Positions 62,441-64,000 of a stretch of DNA of 64,000 nucleotides are shown here, piece after piece. The stretch lies in IMG/VR virus record IMGVR_UViG_3300036832_000974, positions 1-64,000 of that record; one strand, given 5' to 3'. The notes below the pieces were generated by a model. The model searched no databases. It was not told where the DNA came from and saw nothing but the letters and a program-made list of their open reading frames with translations. The position numbers and the translations under genes were made by a program. The number at the start of each line of letters is the position of its first letter. Within the stretch, counting starts at the first letter, position 1. This DNA is from a virus.

Positions 62441-63325
62441 TCACGGCCCTCCAAGGTCATCTTGGTCCGACGGATTAGCTTGCGGTGTCGTCTGCGGCGC
62501 CATGTCGGCGTCGTGCAGCGTGATATCGGTGAGCGGCGGCACGAACTCATTCGGGTCGGAATAGTCGAGCGGCGGCTCTTCGATGTACGGATCGGGCAGC
62601 GGTACCGCCGCATTGATCGCCTCGATACCTTCCTTGGTCAGACCGAGCTGGCCCTGGATCACGCGCCAATCCGGCGCCGCAGTTGCCACCACCAGCAGAC
62701 CCTCGATGATACCAGCGTAGTCAATCTGATTGCTCAACGGCTGCGAGCGCGCCAGCGTAACAAAGTCGTAGACGGGATGACCGACCTTCGGTATGAGACC
62801 GGGCGAAAAGTCGTACATCGGCTCGACCACGAAGATGATCCGCCGCGCCGCATAGCGCACACCCTGCGATGCCTGTCCGCCACGCCGCGACGGCACCCGT
62901 CGAATGTTGACGGTGAAGCGCTTGAACAGCTCGCCCCACGCGCTCTTGTAATCACCCGACAGCGCCGCGAATACCTGCGCGCTGACAACGTCGCATGCCC
63001 ATTCCATGCCGACATCGGTGGCGGCGAACTTCAGCACCAGCGGCGACAGCGGATCGCCTTTCGTGGCACGCACCGCGCCCGCAATGCCAATCTCAACCGC
63101 GAGCGACAGCGCGCGATTACGACCATCGTAGATTTCACCAACACCAGTAACCGGTTGAACATCGTCTTGATCCGTATAAACCACGCAGTACGGTTTTGCC
63201 GGACCACCATAAACCGCCTGTGCCAGAGGCGTTAAATCGCTATCATAAACGCGTTCCTCGGCCCACGTCTTGTCGCGCAGCGCGCCGACCGCGCAGGCTC
63301 GAATCATCGCGCGCAGCAGACTCAT
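62441..63325 (-). CDS. Tail terminator/completion-like protein
   Basis: A..AL..T.AEERVYDS...P...P.VVYTD; position after head-tail joining gene. Confidence 0.65.
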   Translation of the reverse strand: MSLLRAMIRACAVGALRDKTWAEERVYDSDLTPLAQAVYGGPAKPYCVVYTDQDDVQPVTGVGEIYDGRNRALSLAVEIGIAGAVRATKGDPLSPLVLKFAATDVGMEWACDVVSAQVFAALSGDYKSAWGELFKRFTVNIRRVPSRRGGQASQGVRYAARRIIFVVEPMYDFSPGLIPKVGHPVYDFVTLARSQPLSNQIDYAGIIEGLLVVATAAPDWRVIQGQLGLTKEGIEAINAAVPLPDPYIEEPPLDYSDPNEFVPPLTDITLHDADMAPQTTPQANPSDQDDLGGP

Positions 63326-63436
63326 AATAGAACTCCCTCACTGCGCGCTCGATCGCGTGGCGCATGCGGCGATGGCAATGGTCCTCGCGCATCACACTGG
63401 TGAGATGACGAAGGAAGCGGCGCAGTTCACGCGCTG

Positions 63437-63880
63437 TCATCGCGGCGGCGTCCACGTCTCCGGCTCGGCCTGCCAGCCCGGGCCCTGCTGCAGCCGGATC
63501 AGCATCACGTGGTAGCGCTTGGTCGCATCAGGGATGACCGATTGAATGGTGTGCCATTGCTGGTTCGGCAGCTGATCAGGCAAGAAGACGCGATCGTAGG
63601 CGTTCCAGTTGCCGGGATCGCCCATGTTGTATTCGGTGATCTCGACCCACTCCTGTGCCACTTGCGTATTCGCATTGATGCCGGGCGCCTCGACATCAGC
63701 CGTCGGCGCTCCCGAGGTGCGATAGACGCCAACAGTGCGGATCACGACCCGCTGCGAGTCCTGTTGGCCCTCGTCGGACACCCGCTGCCCGCCACTCCAG
63801 GGTATCAAGTGCACCGGCTCGGCGAACTGATCATCAACGATACCGTCCATGCGCTGCTGCAGCACCCGCCAGTCCAGCAT
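63437..63880 (-). CDS. Head closure/head-tail joining protein
   Basis: D..VD..FAEPV...P...D.V.L......I..V.PD; gene order. Confidence 0.6.
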   Translation of the reverse strand: MLDWRVLQQRMDGIVDDQFAEPVHLIPWSGGQRVSDEGQQDSQRVVIRTVGVYRTSGAPTADVEAPGINANTQVAQEWVEITEYNMGDPGNWNAYDRVFLPDQLPNQQWHTIQSVIPDATKRYHVMLIRLQQGPGWQAEPETWTPPR

Positions 63881-64000
63881 CACACCACCATGATCGGAAT
63901 GATGTTGCGATTACGAAGGTTCAGAAACATCTGGCCGTACAGCGTCAGCGGCAGCGTCTCTTCACCGGATCCCGCCATGCCCTTGATCGTTCCCCAGTTC
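63880..64000 (-). CDS. DUF4054-like head-tail adaptor, C-terminal part (cut by window edge)
   Basis: ...LPLTLYGQMFLNLRNRNIIPIMVV*. Confidence 0.6.
   Translation of the reverse strand, partial: NWGTIKGMAGSGEETLPLTLYGQMFLNLRNRNIIPIMVV

Overview
Roughly 64 kb of a high-GC (about 60-65% by eye) tailed phage genome, most likely a P2/Mu-type contractile-tailed myovirus of Alphaproteobacteria (Rhizobiales/Bradyrhizobium-like, judged from GcrA-, GapR-, DUF6362- and DUF3606-like genes). Layout: (1) 851-13191, mostly minus strand, is a replication/regulation operon (Cro-like HTH, GapR-like, MT-A70 methyltransferase, RuvC-like, SF2 helicase, SSB, putative late regulator) interrupted by inserted cassettes. 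(2) 13366-21789, plus strand, is an early operon (RecE-like exonuclease, truncated GcrA, RecT-like annealase, many small genes, HNH) ending at a bidirectional terminator. (3) 21897-64000, minus strand, holds late genes: head-tail joining, baseplate V/W/J/I, sheath, two tail tubes, tape measure with muralytic domains, U/X/D, a 16-kb accessory fibre/tailspike module containing a FkbM-TPR-glycosyltransferase, and lysis genes. No terminase, capsid, integrase, CI repressor, DNA polymerase, tRNA or CRISPR array was seen in the window. Main observations: palindromes with a 2-nt spacer embedded next to the HTH-like region in three DNA-binding genes; short direct repeats at gene junctions that bracket gene cassettes; three receptor-binding proteins sharing one N-terminal adaptor plus a repeat scaffold; signal peptides on tail-module proteins; a Tad2/DUF2829-like gene; and AT-rich synonymous patches inside structural genes. 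All protein calls come from motif recognition by eye; no searches were run.
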